This document shows positions 25,220 through 38,129 of a DNA stretch of 64,000 nt, piece after piece. Source of the DNA: Octopus sinensis. Taxonomy: Eukaryota. Position 1 is the stretch's first letter. The number at the start of each line of letters is the position of its first letter. Where the stretch lies: NCBI RefSeq assembly GCF_006345805.1, contig NC_043005.1, positions 52,762,001 to 52,826,000 of the forward strand, in the 5' to 3' direction. A program made the position numbers and the translations under genes. The notes beneath the pieces are model-generated. The model made no database searches. It was given only the letters and a program-made list of their open reading frames with translations, and had not been told where the DNA came from.

Positions 25220-25220
25220 T
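24850..25220. repeat. (TA)n/(TACA)n microsatellite
   Basis: Directly visible. Confidence 0.9.
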
Positions 25221-25753
25221 TAGGCACACACACATACATGCAGAGACAGACAGACGGACAGACGGTCACACGCATATATGTATGATTATGTGATTGTAAA
25301 TATGATTATATGTGTGATTGTGTTTGCGTTTTTCTCTCTTCTCTAATTTCATTTTTCTTTCTTCTTTCTTTCTATTTTTGTATATTCTTTTTGCCTTGGC
25401 TAAATTATGATCAGTGTGTATTATGAGTTCCATATCTAAAGTCAGCCGACGAAAGTTTTCATCAAACGCAAATTACACACACACCACACACACACATAAA
25501 TGCACACAAAAATACAAGCCACATATATGTATACACATACACAAACATGTATGTATGTATGTATGTATGTATGTATCAAAAATAGAAAAACCACCATCAC
25601 ACTTCGTGAAAAGACCCTGGAATTTTTTATGCTTTTTTTCTGTATCCTTTCATAATAATCTGTACCTGAAAACCCTTATGAATTCTTTGCATTCTTTTTA
25701 TGTATTATTTTTGTTTTGGTCTGTGACTTCATTTTATTTTTGTTTTGGGGTTC

Positions 25754-25803
<50 letters not shown>

Positions 25804-26294
25804 TTGTTTCCTGTGTAGAACAAAATAACAAAAACCGAAATATGCAAAACAAAAATAAAAAATAAAAGCTAAATATAAATATTATAAATAAAAATAATTA
25901 AAAAAAATACAAAACAAACAAGCAACAACAAATTACTAAAATAAAATTAAGAAAATAAAAAAAAAACAAGGTAAGAAATATCAGAATAAGGAAGATGCTT
26001 TTTTCTTTGTTCATTTTCTTCTATTTTATTGTGTTTTATTATTATTTTTTTTTAAAGAAATCATCTTTTTCTTTTATCTTTCTTTTCAAAATCAATTCAA
26101 AAGATTTGGAAATATTTCCTGATAAGTTACATTTAAGACACTGCCATAATATGCAAATTCTTGCTGGACAGTGTTGCTTACCATTATTTATTTGTGTATT
26201 TCCTCATTTATTTATTCATCGATCTATCTATCTATATATCTATTTATCTATATATATATATATATATATTTATTACATTTATTCATCAGTCTAC

Positions 26295-26355
<61 letters not shown>

Positions 26356-26917
26356 TACTTGCAAATTAATAATCTTTTTGGCACATCTTTTCCTTCTACA
26401 CACACACACACCACACACACGCACACAGAGACACATAGATAGAAGTTGGTGGGGGTGAGGTGGGGCGGTGAGGCGGGAGTGATAGGGAGAGGAACAGAAA
26501 GGAAAGAAAAAAAAACGAAAAAAATGTTCCCTATATAATATATATGAGATAAGAGTTATGAATGGACTTTGATGATTTTTCTTTTTTTTTTTTTTTTCTT
26601 TTTAACAACTCTGAAGAAATATTTCAGCTAAAAATAAATAAATAAATACATAAATAAATAAATAAATAAAATAAAAAGCTACTGTAGGAATAGCAGCAGC
26701 CTGAATGGTGTTACTTAGCTTCAGAATTTTATGTCTTATAATGGGATCAAAGTTTCTTTTATGAAAAAAAAATAACCATATAAAAAAATATATAAACGGT
26801 AAAGAAACAAATTTCTAATTAGAAGGCGATCAACAGGGATATATGCGCGTGTGTGTGCGTGTGTGTGTGAGTGTGTGTACATAAACATTTATGCGTGTGT
26901 TTGTGTGTATGTACACA

Positions 26918-26967
<50 letters not shown>

Positions 26968-26971
26968 TTAT

Positions 26972-27018
<47 letters not shown>

Positions 27019-27732
27019 CAAACCCACCTCAGATGCAGATAATAATAAAAAACAACAATAAAATACAAAACAAAACAAGAGAAGACGAAAAAGAGACCCC
27101 CTCTCCCTTCTCTCTTTTCTTTCACATATCCAATAGTTAACGTCTCGTCTAACGTACAAATACAAGAATAAAAAGTAAACTAGTCTGTCTGATATAAAAC
27201 GAACATCGCAGAGACCATACATTAGATCCGAAATATCTCACCTAAGCGAGGAACATACTGATAGCTTAGTTTCAAAAAAGGTAATTCTTTCCATTGAAAT
27301 GCTTTCTTGTGGTTTTGTGGTAAAGCAGCTCGATCTTGAAATCAAAGGAAATTGTTTGAATTCTCATTGCTCTTTTAACATTTTCTTTAACTGGGTTATC
27401 GGTACTTTCTTATTTTCCTATGCATGTACTTAGACACACTGTGTCCGATCTATACTCCTACATGTACATAGACACAAACATACAGATATATTCAGCGATG
27501 ATCTGTCCTATAGTGACTTTCCTTTTATCTTTCCCATATCTGTCTGTCTGTCTATCCTTTAATATATATGTCTATATATATATATATATAGATATATATG
27601 TAGGTCCCGGGTTGAGTCGGGGTTAACCACAGTAAATAAGGTACTCAATACATAGCAGAGTAAATTAATTTATTTTATAGAAGGAGCTTCTACAGGACTA
27701 GAACTGTTTCATTCAAAAGAATATATATATAT

Positions 27733-27997
27733 GCACCGTCAGCACCGTCTTTAGTCGAAAAAATCGAACCCAGGAGTTAGTATTTGTAAGACTAGTACTT
27801 ATTCTATCGGTCTCTTTTGCCGAACCGCTAAGTTACGGAGTCGTAGACACACCAACATCAGTTGTCAAGCGATGGTGGGGGTGACAAACACAGACGCACA
27901 AACATATATGTATATATACGACGGGCTTCTTTCAGTTTCCGTCTACCAAATCCACTCACAAGGCTTTGGTCGGCTCGTGGCTATAACAGAAGACACC
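27733..27997 (-). mobile_element. SINE family A fragment
   Basis: Reverse complement of the family A body and tail. Confidence 0.75.
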
Positions 27998-28329
27998 TGT
28001 TTCCTATGAGCGTGAGCGTACATGAACGTAATCGTAGCATGTGTGGTGTGCGCATGCGTTATCTGTGTAAGAACATGAGTATGAGCGCGGTTTTTTTTGC
28101 GGGGGGGGGGGCTCGAAGCAATAAAATTTGAAAACAAATCGTTTCATCAAACTCATATATATAAATGAAGCTATCAAAAAATAAATAAATCATAGCTCAT
28201 AAAATATATCGATATAGCATAATTTTAGAGTATTCAAATATAGTTAGAGTTCCTGTTCCAAGGTACATCAGTGTCGGATAATGTAGAGATATTTATATAA
28301 ATATTCTTTCTTCTTTTCGCCCTTATCAA

Positions 28330-28600
28330 GCCTAGCCAGGTTCATGGGCCTGGTTTCCCGGTTCCTGTGGCGTATGTGTTCTCCCCTGCTGGACGGCACT
28401 CCAATCCATCGCAGCATTACTCAAGAAACAGGAAGAGAGAGTGAGAGAAAGTTGTGGCGAAAGAGTACAACAGGGGTCACCACCATCCCCTGCCGGAGTC
28501 TCATGGAGCTTTGAGGTGTTTTCGCTCAATAAACACACACAACGCCCGGTCTTGGAATCGAAACCGCGATCCTCCGACCGCGAGTCCACTGGGCCATTGC
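28330..28600 (-). mobile_element. tRNA-derived SINE family C
   Basis: Reverse complement has a tRNA-like head (GGAGGCGCAATGGCCCAGTGG...GGTTTCGATTCC); homologous to 48125-48357 and 41020-41250. Confidence 0.7.
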
Positions 28601-28629
28601 GCCTCCTTATATAAATATATTGTTATATA

Positions 28630-28957
28630 AAGGTGCATCGCTCAATAGTTAGAGCGTCGATCTCACAATCGTGAGGTAGTGATTTCCGGACCGGATTGTG
28701 TGTTGTGTTCTTGAGCAAGACACTTTATTTCACGTTACTCCTGTTCACTCAACCGTAAAAAATGAGTTGTGATGTCACTGGTACCAAGCTGTATCGGCCA
28801 TTGCCTTTCTCTGGACAACATCGGTGGCGTGGAGAGGAGAGGCTGGTTCGCATAGGCTCCTGTTGATCTTCCATAAACAACCTTGCACGGACTTGTACTT
28901 TGGAGGGTAACTTTCTAGGTGCAATCTCATGGTCTTTCTTGACCGAAGGGGGTCTTT
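28630..28957 (+). mobile_element. tRNA-derived SINE family C, other tail variant
   Basis: Head AGGTGCATCGCTCAATAGTTAGAGCG, central TTCTTGAGCAAGACACTTTATTTCAC; homologous to the reverse complement of 57215-57562 and 38130-38340. Confidence 0.7.
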
Positions 28958-29499
28958 ACAATTTTCATTGTTATATACTAAGATATTCTAATTTATTATG
29001 GAAAAAACTGCGGTTACCATCTCAACTGCTATATTGAAAGATGTCAAACATCGATTGTCATCGACTACTACGAATTTAGGATATATAGAAATGAGAGAAA
29101 TTTCTCAATATGTGTTTATTTATTCGTGTGGACGTTATATTAGGTTGAAATGTCTATTCCTTAGTATTATTAAGGATTAATAAATGCGGCTCGCTGGCAG
29201 AATCGTAAGTACGTCAGACAATATTGCTTAGCGACTTGTCTTTCCGTGTTTATGTTCTGATTTCAAATTCCACCGAGGCCGACTTTGCCTTTCATCCTTT
29301 CGACGTCGATTTAAAAAGTACTAGTTGAGCATCGGGCACCATGTAATCGACTTTCCCACCGCTCAAAATTGCTGGCCTTGTACCAAAATAAGTAGAGATT
29401 GTTATGGGTTAATTAATAAAATGACCAACTGTTATTGAGTCAAATGTCTAGGTTACTTATAGCAATCTATCTTATGATGGACCCAAGGAATTTATGCTT

Positions 29500-29840
29500 C
29501 TCTTTTGCTCTTTTACTTGTTTCAGTCATTTGACTGCGGCCATGCTGGAGCACCGCCTTTAGTCGAGCAAATCGACCCCAGGACTTATTCTTTGTAAGCC
29601 TAGTACTTATTCTATCGGTCTCTTTTACGGGGACGTAAACACACTACCATCGGTTGTCAAGCGATGTTGGGAGGACAAATACAGACACACAAACATACAT
29701 ATATACGAAGGGCTCCTTTCAGTTTGGTCGGCCTGAGGCTACAGTAGAAGACACTTGCTCAAGTTGCAACGCAGTGGGAATGAACCCGGTACCATGTGGT
29801 TGGCAAGCAAGCTACTTACCACACATCCACTCCTACGCCT
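29500..29840 (-). mobile_element. SINE family A with internal deletion
   Basis: Reverse complement of the head and tail. Confidence 0.8.
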
Positions 29841-31151
29841 ACTTCTATTTATTTATTTTTTAAATTGTTAAAACAATCTGTGACGGAACGAGATTTGAAT
29901 CCAGGATGCATTGAACCGGAATAGACATTTTACAAAGCCTTCTGTCGGACGCTCTAATAATTCTGCAAATCCACAACTTTGGACTAGTTCTTTATTTTAT
30001 CGACCATGAAAGGATGACAGGCGAAGTTGATTTCGGTTGTATTTGAACTCAGATCATAGAGATTCAGAGACATCTATGCCTTTTCGTCTTCACGTCTTAC
30101 TATTCCTAAGTAATAGTATTCTAGGTTTATTAAACAGTGAGCTGGCAGAAGCGTTAGCGCGCCGGACAAAACACTTGGCGGCGTTTCGTCTGTGTTTACG
30201 TTCTGAGTTCAAATTCCGCCGAGGTCAGCTTTACCTTTCATTCCTTTCGAGGTCGATAAAATAAGTACGAGTTGAATATTGGAGTCGGATTAATCGACTT
30301 CATCCCCTCCCTCGAAATTGCCGGCCTTGTGCCAAAATTTGAAACCAACATTATTCTAGGAGTATGCCAGCAAATATTTTCATTATCCCGTTGTATTAAA
30401 GCCTTAATGTCTTTAATAATCCTTCCTACTAAAAAAAAGGCGCAAGGCCTGAAATTTAACGGAAGGAGACTAGTCGATTACACTGATCCTAGTTTTTCCC
30501 TGGTACTTAATTTTTCAACCCCGAAAGGATGAAAGGCAAAGTAACTCATAAAGTAAAGACTGATGAAATATTGCGAAGCGTTTAGCCCGGCGTGCTAATG
30601 ATTCTACCAACTCGCTGCCTTCATAACGTCTTAAATAATGATGTTATTGGTATGTCACCTATATTTATTCATATATTTTAGTTTTAGGTAAATACATATG
30701 TATAAAAGCTGTTTATGTTATGATATTGCAGAGATTTTTTCCAAATCCCTCGCGTGTCACCTAAAATCCCTCTACTGACACGTGTCATAGTTTTACTTTC
30801 ACTAAACTACTTGAATGCTGTAGCCTACAACATCGTGGCAGTGAGGCTGCTAAGCTTTTTATGCAAACTACATCGTTGCATCAACGAGCCATCAAAATAA
30901 TGTCGAAATAACCACTAAACCCGCCTCAAATCACGCCTAGTTTTCTTAGATAAAGGAAGGTAACTTTAGACGACGTAGTTCTCATAACTTAGAGGTTCGG
31001 TGTAAGTGATCGAGACAATAAGTACTATGCTTTAATAGACAAATACCTATTGGGGCATTGGGGTCGATTTGTTCGACTAAAGCCCTTCAACGTGGTGCCC
31101 CAGCAAGGCCGCAGTCCATTGACTGAAACAAAAGATAAAATAAATGTATAT

Positions 31152-31945
31152 AAGCGCAGGCGTGGCTGTGTGGTAAGAAGCTTGCTTCCCAACCAAATGG
31201 CTCCGGGTTCAGTCCCACTGCGTAGTACCTTGAGCAAGTGTCTTCTACTATGGCCTCGAACAGGCCAAAGCCTTGTGATTGGATTTGGTAGATGGAAACT
31301 GAAAGAAGACTGATTGGTATTACAGTTCTATATTTAAGAGATGAGGAATTATGTACATTGTTTACATTATTTACATTCGACAGCTATTTGTCCTCATCTT
31401 GTTTGTTGTTAACACAACGTTTCCGCTGATATACCCTTCAGCCTTCTTCGGGTATCTTGGGGAAATTTCGAACCTGGGTTCTCATCCTAAGGTATTCTTC
31501 GATGTTGTTATTATTATTATTATTATCATTATTATTATTATTATTATTATTGTTCAGGACACTGCTTGGAATCGAACTCGGAATCTTGGGGTTAGTAGCC
31601 TTCGCTCTTAACCACTTAAAACAAGATGAGGACAAATATATGTCGAATGTAAATAATATAAATAATGTACCTGATTGGTGTGTGTGTGTATATATATATA
31701 TGTATATAAGTATATATTTATGCGTGTGTCTGTGTTTGTCCGCCATCGCTTGACAACCGACCGATGTTGGTGTGTTGTGTTTACGTCCCCGTGACATTAG
31801 CAATTCGGCAAAAGAGACCGATAGAGTAAATACAGGGCGTACAAAGAATAAAGTCCTAGAGTTGATTTCTTCGACTGAAAACCTTTCAACGCGGTGCTCC
31901 AGTATGACCGCAGTGAAATGATTAAAACAAGTAAAAAAAACAACA
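31152..31945 (+). mobile_element. SINE family A interrupted by a nested insertion
   Basis: Head-to-body 31152-31318 resumes at 31671 after a 9-bp duplication CTGATTGGT. Confidence 0.75.
31319..31670 (-). mobile_element. Small retroposon: inverted tail copy, tRNA-like head, (AAT)n, degenerate hammerhead, tail; 9-bp TSD
   Basis: TSD CTGATTGGT at 31310-31318 and 31671-31679; - strand AGTGGTTAAGAGC...GAGTTCGATTCC; hammerhead-like fold at 31411-31456; 31621-31670 is an inverted copy of about 31352-31401. Confidence 0.75.
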
Positions 31946-32187
31946 AAAAAACCAAAAGAATATTACAAGTAAAAGTTAAGTCTCAATTGTCAAAGCTTAG
32001 ATTTTTTTACTTTGCGTAGTCATATTTCTTTGTTTCTAAATTTTCCTTTTATATTTATTTATTTATTTATTTTTATTTTTTCATTTTCTAAAAGAAAATA
32101 ACACAACAACCTCTACGACATTGAGTTAAATGTGTTCTACTCCCACATCACTCGAAAACAAGCAAATAAATGAATACATATATAATA

Positions 32188-32262
<75 letters not shown>

Positions 32263-32285
32263 TGTTGTGTGGTGTGTGTTACACA

Positions 32286-32332
<47 letters not shown>

Positions 32333-32343
32333 GATAGATAGAT

Positions 32344-32406
<63 letters not shown>

Positions 32407-32419
32407 CATACATATATAT

Positions 32420-32473
<54 letters not shown>

Positions 32474-32511
32474 ATATATACATATATATATAAATATATA
32501 TATACATATAA

Positions 32512-32552
<41 letters not shown>

Positions 32553-32839
32553 CACAGAGAGCAAGAGAAATGCGGATGGTGCAGAATATATGACAGGCAG
32601 ACGAAACGTAGACATCATTACAATAATTAGAACACCACGGAGACAGGAGCAACACAAACGAAGACATTGAAATACATAGAAAAAATGTGTAAGACGGTGG
32701 CTTACTTTTTTCTTTAATCATATTTCCACTCAATGTTTACTAGACACACTTCTTGTTGTTGTTCTTATTACTGATGTAGTTACACAAATTTTCTTCCCTA
32801 ATTCGTTTTCTATTTTGTGTTTTATTTATCAATTTACAA

Positions 32840-32924
32840 TTTATCCGTAATCACCATCAACATTATTATTATCACCATTACTGTCATTATTACTATTACT
32901 ATCATTGTTATTATCAACATCATG

Positions 32925-32955
<31 letters not shown>

Positions 32956-32961
32956 TTATTA

Positions 32962-33010
<49 letters not shown>

Positions 33011-33024
33011 CATTATTATTATTA

Positions 33025-33064
<40 letters not shown>

Positions 33065-33122
33065 CATTATTATTATCATTATTATTATCATTAATATTTT
33101 CATTAATATTATCGTTAATATA

Positions 33123-33180
<58 letters not shown>

Positions 33181-33595
33181 TATCATTATCATTATTATTA
33201 TCATTATTATTATTTATTATCGTTATTGTTATTATTTTATTATTTTATCATCATTATCGTTATTATTATTATTATTATTATTTATTATTATTATTATCAG
33301 TATCATTATTATTGTTATATTATTATTATATTATTATTATTTTATTATATTATTATCATTATTATTATCATCATTATATTATTATTATTATTATTATCAT
33401 TATTATTATTATCATTATTATTATTATCATTATTATTATTATTATTTAATATTATTATTATTATTATTATCATTATTAATATTATCATTATTATTATTAC
33501 TATTATTATTATTATTATTATTATTATCATTATTATCATTATTATCATTATTATTATTATTATTATTATTATTGTTATTATCATCATCATCATCG

Positions 33596-33638
<43 letters not shown>

Positions 33639-33790
33639 TATTATTATTATTATCATTATTATTATTATTATTAGTTTTCAAATTTTCGTCTTTTGATGTT
33701 GTTATCATTATTGTTGTTGATATTGTTGTTGTTGTGTTGTTGTTATTGCTGCTGTTGTTATGTAGATGGTTGTTATTGTTGTAGAATTTG
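32840..33790. repeat. Long interrupted (ATT)n/(ATC)n/(GTT)n microsatellite
   Basis: Directly visible. Confidence 0.92.
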
Positions 33791-34080
33791 TTGTTATAAA
33801 ACTTGATTATAATGCAGACATAAGTTTATCATCATGCTTTATCGTAAATATTATCGCGGCGTACCTAATCTTTACAGGAATTAAATCAAGAAAATTAAAT
33901 CATATTTGACAGATAACCTACATAAATACATACATAAGAACCCAATACGCACACACGCACGCACGCATGCACACACACACATATATTGGATATGTACTCA
34001 CATGCTTATACATATAGGTAAACATATACTTGCATACATATACATATATGCATATGTATATGTATGTATATGTATATATG

Positions 34081-34124
<44 letters not shown>

Positions 34125-34283
34125 GATGTATGCATGTATGAGTAAAAAAGATTTGCCAACAACTATACGACAGAAAGAAACGGAAGAATGAAGAAGACCG
34201 AGGGATCCGGGCTGAAGAAGCAATAAGAATAATAATAATAATAATAATAATAATATAATAATAATAATATAATAATAATAATA

Positions 34284-34832
34284 GATGCAGTACCAGGCAG
34301 TGGCTCTCATGGCTTCTGATCTTAACTGATTGGAAGTGTTATCATGTACATTGTTTTGTCTTGGTATAAAAGATGGGCTACAACAAATATTCTGCTCAAT
34401 ACCATAGATTTGCTTGTCAGTTGTTTGACCTTAACCAGTTGAGCATGTCCCTTAGTGGCTGACGATATGTGAATCTCTGATAACAAGCAGAAGTAGTGGG
34501 GGAGCATCATAGCCATGTGTTGAGAGGGATTCTTTGGTGTTTGAATAGTTCACCTCTGGAAACATGGGTGGTTCTTTCAACATCCTTAAGCAACCCTTAT
34601 TCAGGGACCGTTTGAGCGGGATGGACTACTCAACCTGAAGAAAATTCTAACTGTGCCCCACCTGCAAGGTCATGTGCTGTTTATCTTGATATGAGATCAC
34701 CATGTCGCGCACATATGGTTGTGATGCATGTCCTGGTGTACCTTTATCAGACGGGTAGTCATGATGGGTATATGGGCTTCGTATATTTTACCCCAGTGTC
34801 CACTTTTATGGCATGCACTGCTCTCCTCACTC
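34284..34832 (+). mobile_element. (AAT)n-embedded element, copy 3
   Basis: Reverse complement of 4120-4672; AAT repeats on both sides. Confidence 0.8.
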
Positions 34833-34910
34833 AATAATAATAAATAATAATAATAATAATAATAATAACATAACAATAACGACGACAACGACGGCAACGA
34901 CGACAACGAC

Positions 34911-34934
<24 letters not shown>

Positions 34935-34955
<21 letters not shown>

Positions 34956-35500
34956 CACTTTGCAGCAAGTAAGGACTTGACAGAGCAAAACAGTAGTACG
35001 AATAAACCCGAAGGCATTATCGGAAATGATAATGCAAAGATCCTAAAGGATTTTATGATTCAGTGCGACAATGAGATAGAGGACAGGAATCCTGACATAG
35101 TGTTAATTGAGAAAGAAAGCAAACGATGCTGGGTCATATATATATATATATATTATATAGCATGCCCAGCTGACAACAATGTATGCGATAAGGAAGAAAA
35201 AAAGTTGATAGATATGACAGGTTAGCTTGGAGGTTAAGCAGTTTGTGGTTGCTGAAAAAGGCAGTAGTAGTACTAGTAATTGTCCGAGCGTTGGGAACAG
35301 TGAGTAAGAATCTTGAGAAGTACATGGAACAAATATGGGCTGCAATAAGGGTGAAGCACTTGCAGAAAACAGCACTGCTTGGAATCGCTCGAATACTTCG
35401 GGTGGTGATCGCAGAATAAGGGGTGTTACCTTAGTTCACTGGTTGTGAACAGCTGACACCGTAGTACATCTCCAGCGTTAGAATCTGTGCAAAGACAATA
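34935..35500 (+). mobile_element. R4/Dong-like non-LTR retrotransposon 3' fragment (restriction-like endonuclease domain plus 3' UTR)
   Basis: NAKILKDFMIQCDNEIEDRNPDIVLIEK...IACP...K...ALGTVSKNLEKY...LQKTALLGIARILR is a PD-(D/E)xK RLE C-terminus; ends in (AAT)n. Confidence 0.8.
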
Positions 35501-35509
35501 GAATAATAA

Positions 35510-35559
<50 letters not shown>

Positions 35560-35618
35560 TAATATTAACGATAATATTAATGAAAATATTAATGATAATA
35601 ATAATGATAATAATAATG

Positions 35619-35654
<36 letters not shown>

Positions 35655-35713
35655 TGATAATAATAATAATGATAATAATAATATAATAATATAATAATAT
35701 AATAATAATAATA

Positions 35714-36258
35714 GATGCAGTACCAGGCAGTGGCTCTCATGGCTTCTGATCTTAACTGATTGGAAGTGTTATCATGTACATTGTTTTGTCTTGGTATAAA
35801 AGATGGGCTACAACAAATATTCTGCTAATACCATAGATTTGCTTGTCAGTTGTTTGACCTTAACCAGTTGAGCATGTCCCTTAGTGGCTGACGATATGTG
35901 AATCTCTGATAACGAGCAGAAAGTAGTGGGGGAGCATCATAGCCATGTGTTGAGAGGGATTCTTTGGTGTTTGAATAGTTCACCTCTGGAAACAGGGTGG
36001 GTTCTTTCAACATCCTTAAGCAACCTTATTCAGGGACCGTTTGAGCGGGATGGACTACTCAACCTGAAGAAAATTCTAACTGTGCCCCACCTGCAAGGTC
36101 ATGTGCTGTTTATCTTGATATGAGATCACCATGTCGCGCACATATGGTGTGATGCATGTGCTGGTGTACCTTTATCAGACGGGTAGTCATGATGGGTATA
36201 TGGGCTTCGTATATTTTACCCCAGTGTCACTTTGATGGCATGCACTGCTCTCTCACTC
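35714..36258 (+). mobile_element. (AAT)n-embedded element, copy 4
   Basis: Direct repeat of 34284-34832 at about 1430-bp period. Confidence 0.8.
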
Positions 36259-36336
36259 AATAATAATAATAATAATAATGATAATAATAATAACAATAAC
36301 AATAACGACGACAACGACGGCAACGACGACAACGAC

Positions 36337-36374
<38 letters not shown>

Positions 36375-36378
<4 letters not shown>

Positions 36379-36927
36379 CACTTTGCAGCAAGTAAGGACT
36401 TGACAGAGCAAAACAGTAGTACGAATATAAACCCGAAGGCATTATCGGAAATGATAATGCAAAGATCCTAAAGGATTTTATGATTCAGTGCAACAATGAG
36501 ATAGAGGACAGGAATCCGGACATAGTGTTAATTGAGAAAGAAAGCAAACGATGCTGGGTCATATATATATATATATATATATATAGCATGCCCAGCTGAC
36601 AACAATGTATGCGATAAGGAAGAAAGAAAAGTTGATAGATATGACAGGTTAGCTTGGGAGGTTAAGCAGTTGTGGTTGCTGAAAAAGGCAGTAGTAGTAC
36701 TAGTAATTGTCCGAGCGTTGGGAACAGTGAGTAAGAATCTTGAGAAGTACATGGAACAAATAGGGGCTGCAATAAGGGTGGAGCACTTGCAGAAAACAGC
36801 ACTGCTTGGAATCGCTCGAATACTTCGGGTGGTGATCGCAGAATAAGGGGTGTTACCTTAGTTCACTGGTTGTGAACAGCTGACACCGTAGTACATCTCC
36901 AGCGTTAGAATCTGTGCAAAGACAATA

Positions 36928-36930
<3 letters not shown>
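36375..36930 (+). mobile_element. R4/Dong-like RLE fragment, second copy
   Basis: ORF 36532-36846 IACPADNNVCDKEERKVDRYDRLAWEVKQLW...LQKTALLGIARILRVVIAE; ends in (AAT)n. Confidence 0.8.
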
Positions 36931-36984
<54 letters not shown>

Positions 36985-38129
36985 CTTGTTTTGTTTTTTC
37001 TTAATTTATGAAAGACAGCATATATCTGGGTATAAAATTATGGAAAAGATAGCAATAGCAAATAGCAAGAGTAAAATTTATCATAAAACGAAATTGCAAT
37101 CAACGAACCAAAGTAATGACCAATGATTTGTGAATGGATTTAATTGGCGGAAAATGTGTGGAAGCTCGTCGTATATGTGTGGTGGTGGTGGTGGGGGATG
37201 AAGTAATAATGATGATAATAATCCTTGGATGGAATTTATGAATATATTAATGCATCGCTACGCGCGTTTCCACAAATCATATGTCTCTTTATAGCATTGT
37301 CCGTATTCCTGAAATGATTACAGTATAATAGAATAATGTAGCCGGTAAAATTCAAAACGTTTTTGTTTATAAGAATAATGTTGACAGTGACTTGAATGTT
37401 TCGGACAACATAGACGTCATCAGATTTCGTCATCAACGTCCGATCAAGGTGAAGCAGGCTGAAACTTCGATGTCCCTGCCAACGCTATTCTTGTACAAGA
37501 ATGATAATTACGCAACAAAAATCATTCAATTTAATATTAAATTGTTTTTTTATATTTCTCGACATAAAATCAAATATTTATGTGTGTGTTTTTGTGTCAG
37601 CCTGTGTTGGCTTATTAACTTAGCAGTTCAACAAAAGACATCGCTAGAATGAGTGCTACACTTAAAAATACGTACTGTAATCGATCTGTTCGGTTACAAC
37701 GTGTCAAGATGCTGCTCCAGCATGGCCGTGGTAAAATAACTGAAATGAGAAAAAAATAAGAAAGTAAAGGAAAAGATCCTTCAAATGTTCCTCCGGAAGG
37801 CAGACAAGAAACGAAACAATCCTTTCTACTATAGGCACAAAGCCTGGAATTTGAGGAGAGGGGATAGTCGATTACATCGACCCCAGTACTTACTGGTACT
37901 TAATTTATCGATCCCGAAGGGATGAAAAGCATTGTCGACCTCGGCGGAATTTGAACTCAGAACGTAAAGACGACGAAATACAACTAAACATTTCACCCGG
38001 CGTGCTAACGATTATGCCAGCCCACCGCCTTCAGAAACGAAATAATGGCAGCAACAAAAGCAACAATGATGGAAACGACATTGAACCTAAACGCAATTGC
38101 TAGAGATGATAGGTTGAAAACCCTATCTA

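Noticed and set aside
24782-25285. Long (IY)n/(YT)n ORFs here and at similar TA tracts (5.9-6.3, 15.1-15.8, 32.1-32.7, 39.1-39.9 and 44.0-44.6 kb)
   Set aside because: Dinucleotide repeats contain no stops in these frames
28630-28705. tRNA-like sequences at SINE heads (also 1475, 47254, 51468, 63105)
   Set aside because: No complete cloverleaf or acceptor stem, and each continues into a SINE body
32817-33784. Poly-I/L/N/D ORFs up to 210 aa
   Set aside because: (ATT)n/(ATC)n microsatellite translations
37393-37432. CTGATGA...GAAAC spacing on the - strand
   Set aside because: The putative stem II (CGTC/GTCC) does not pair and there is no stem I or III; at best a decayed motif
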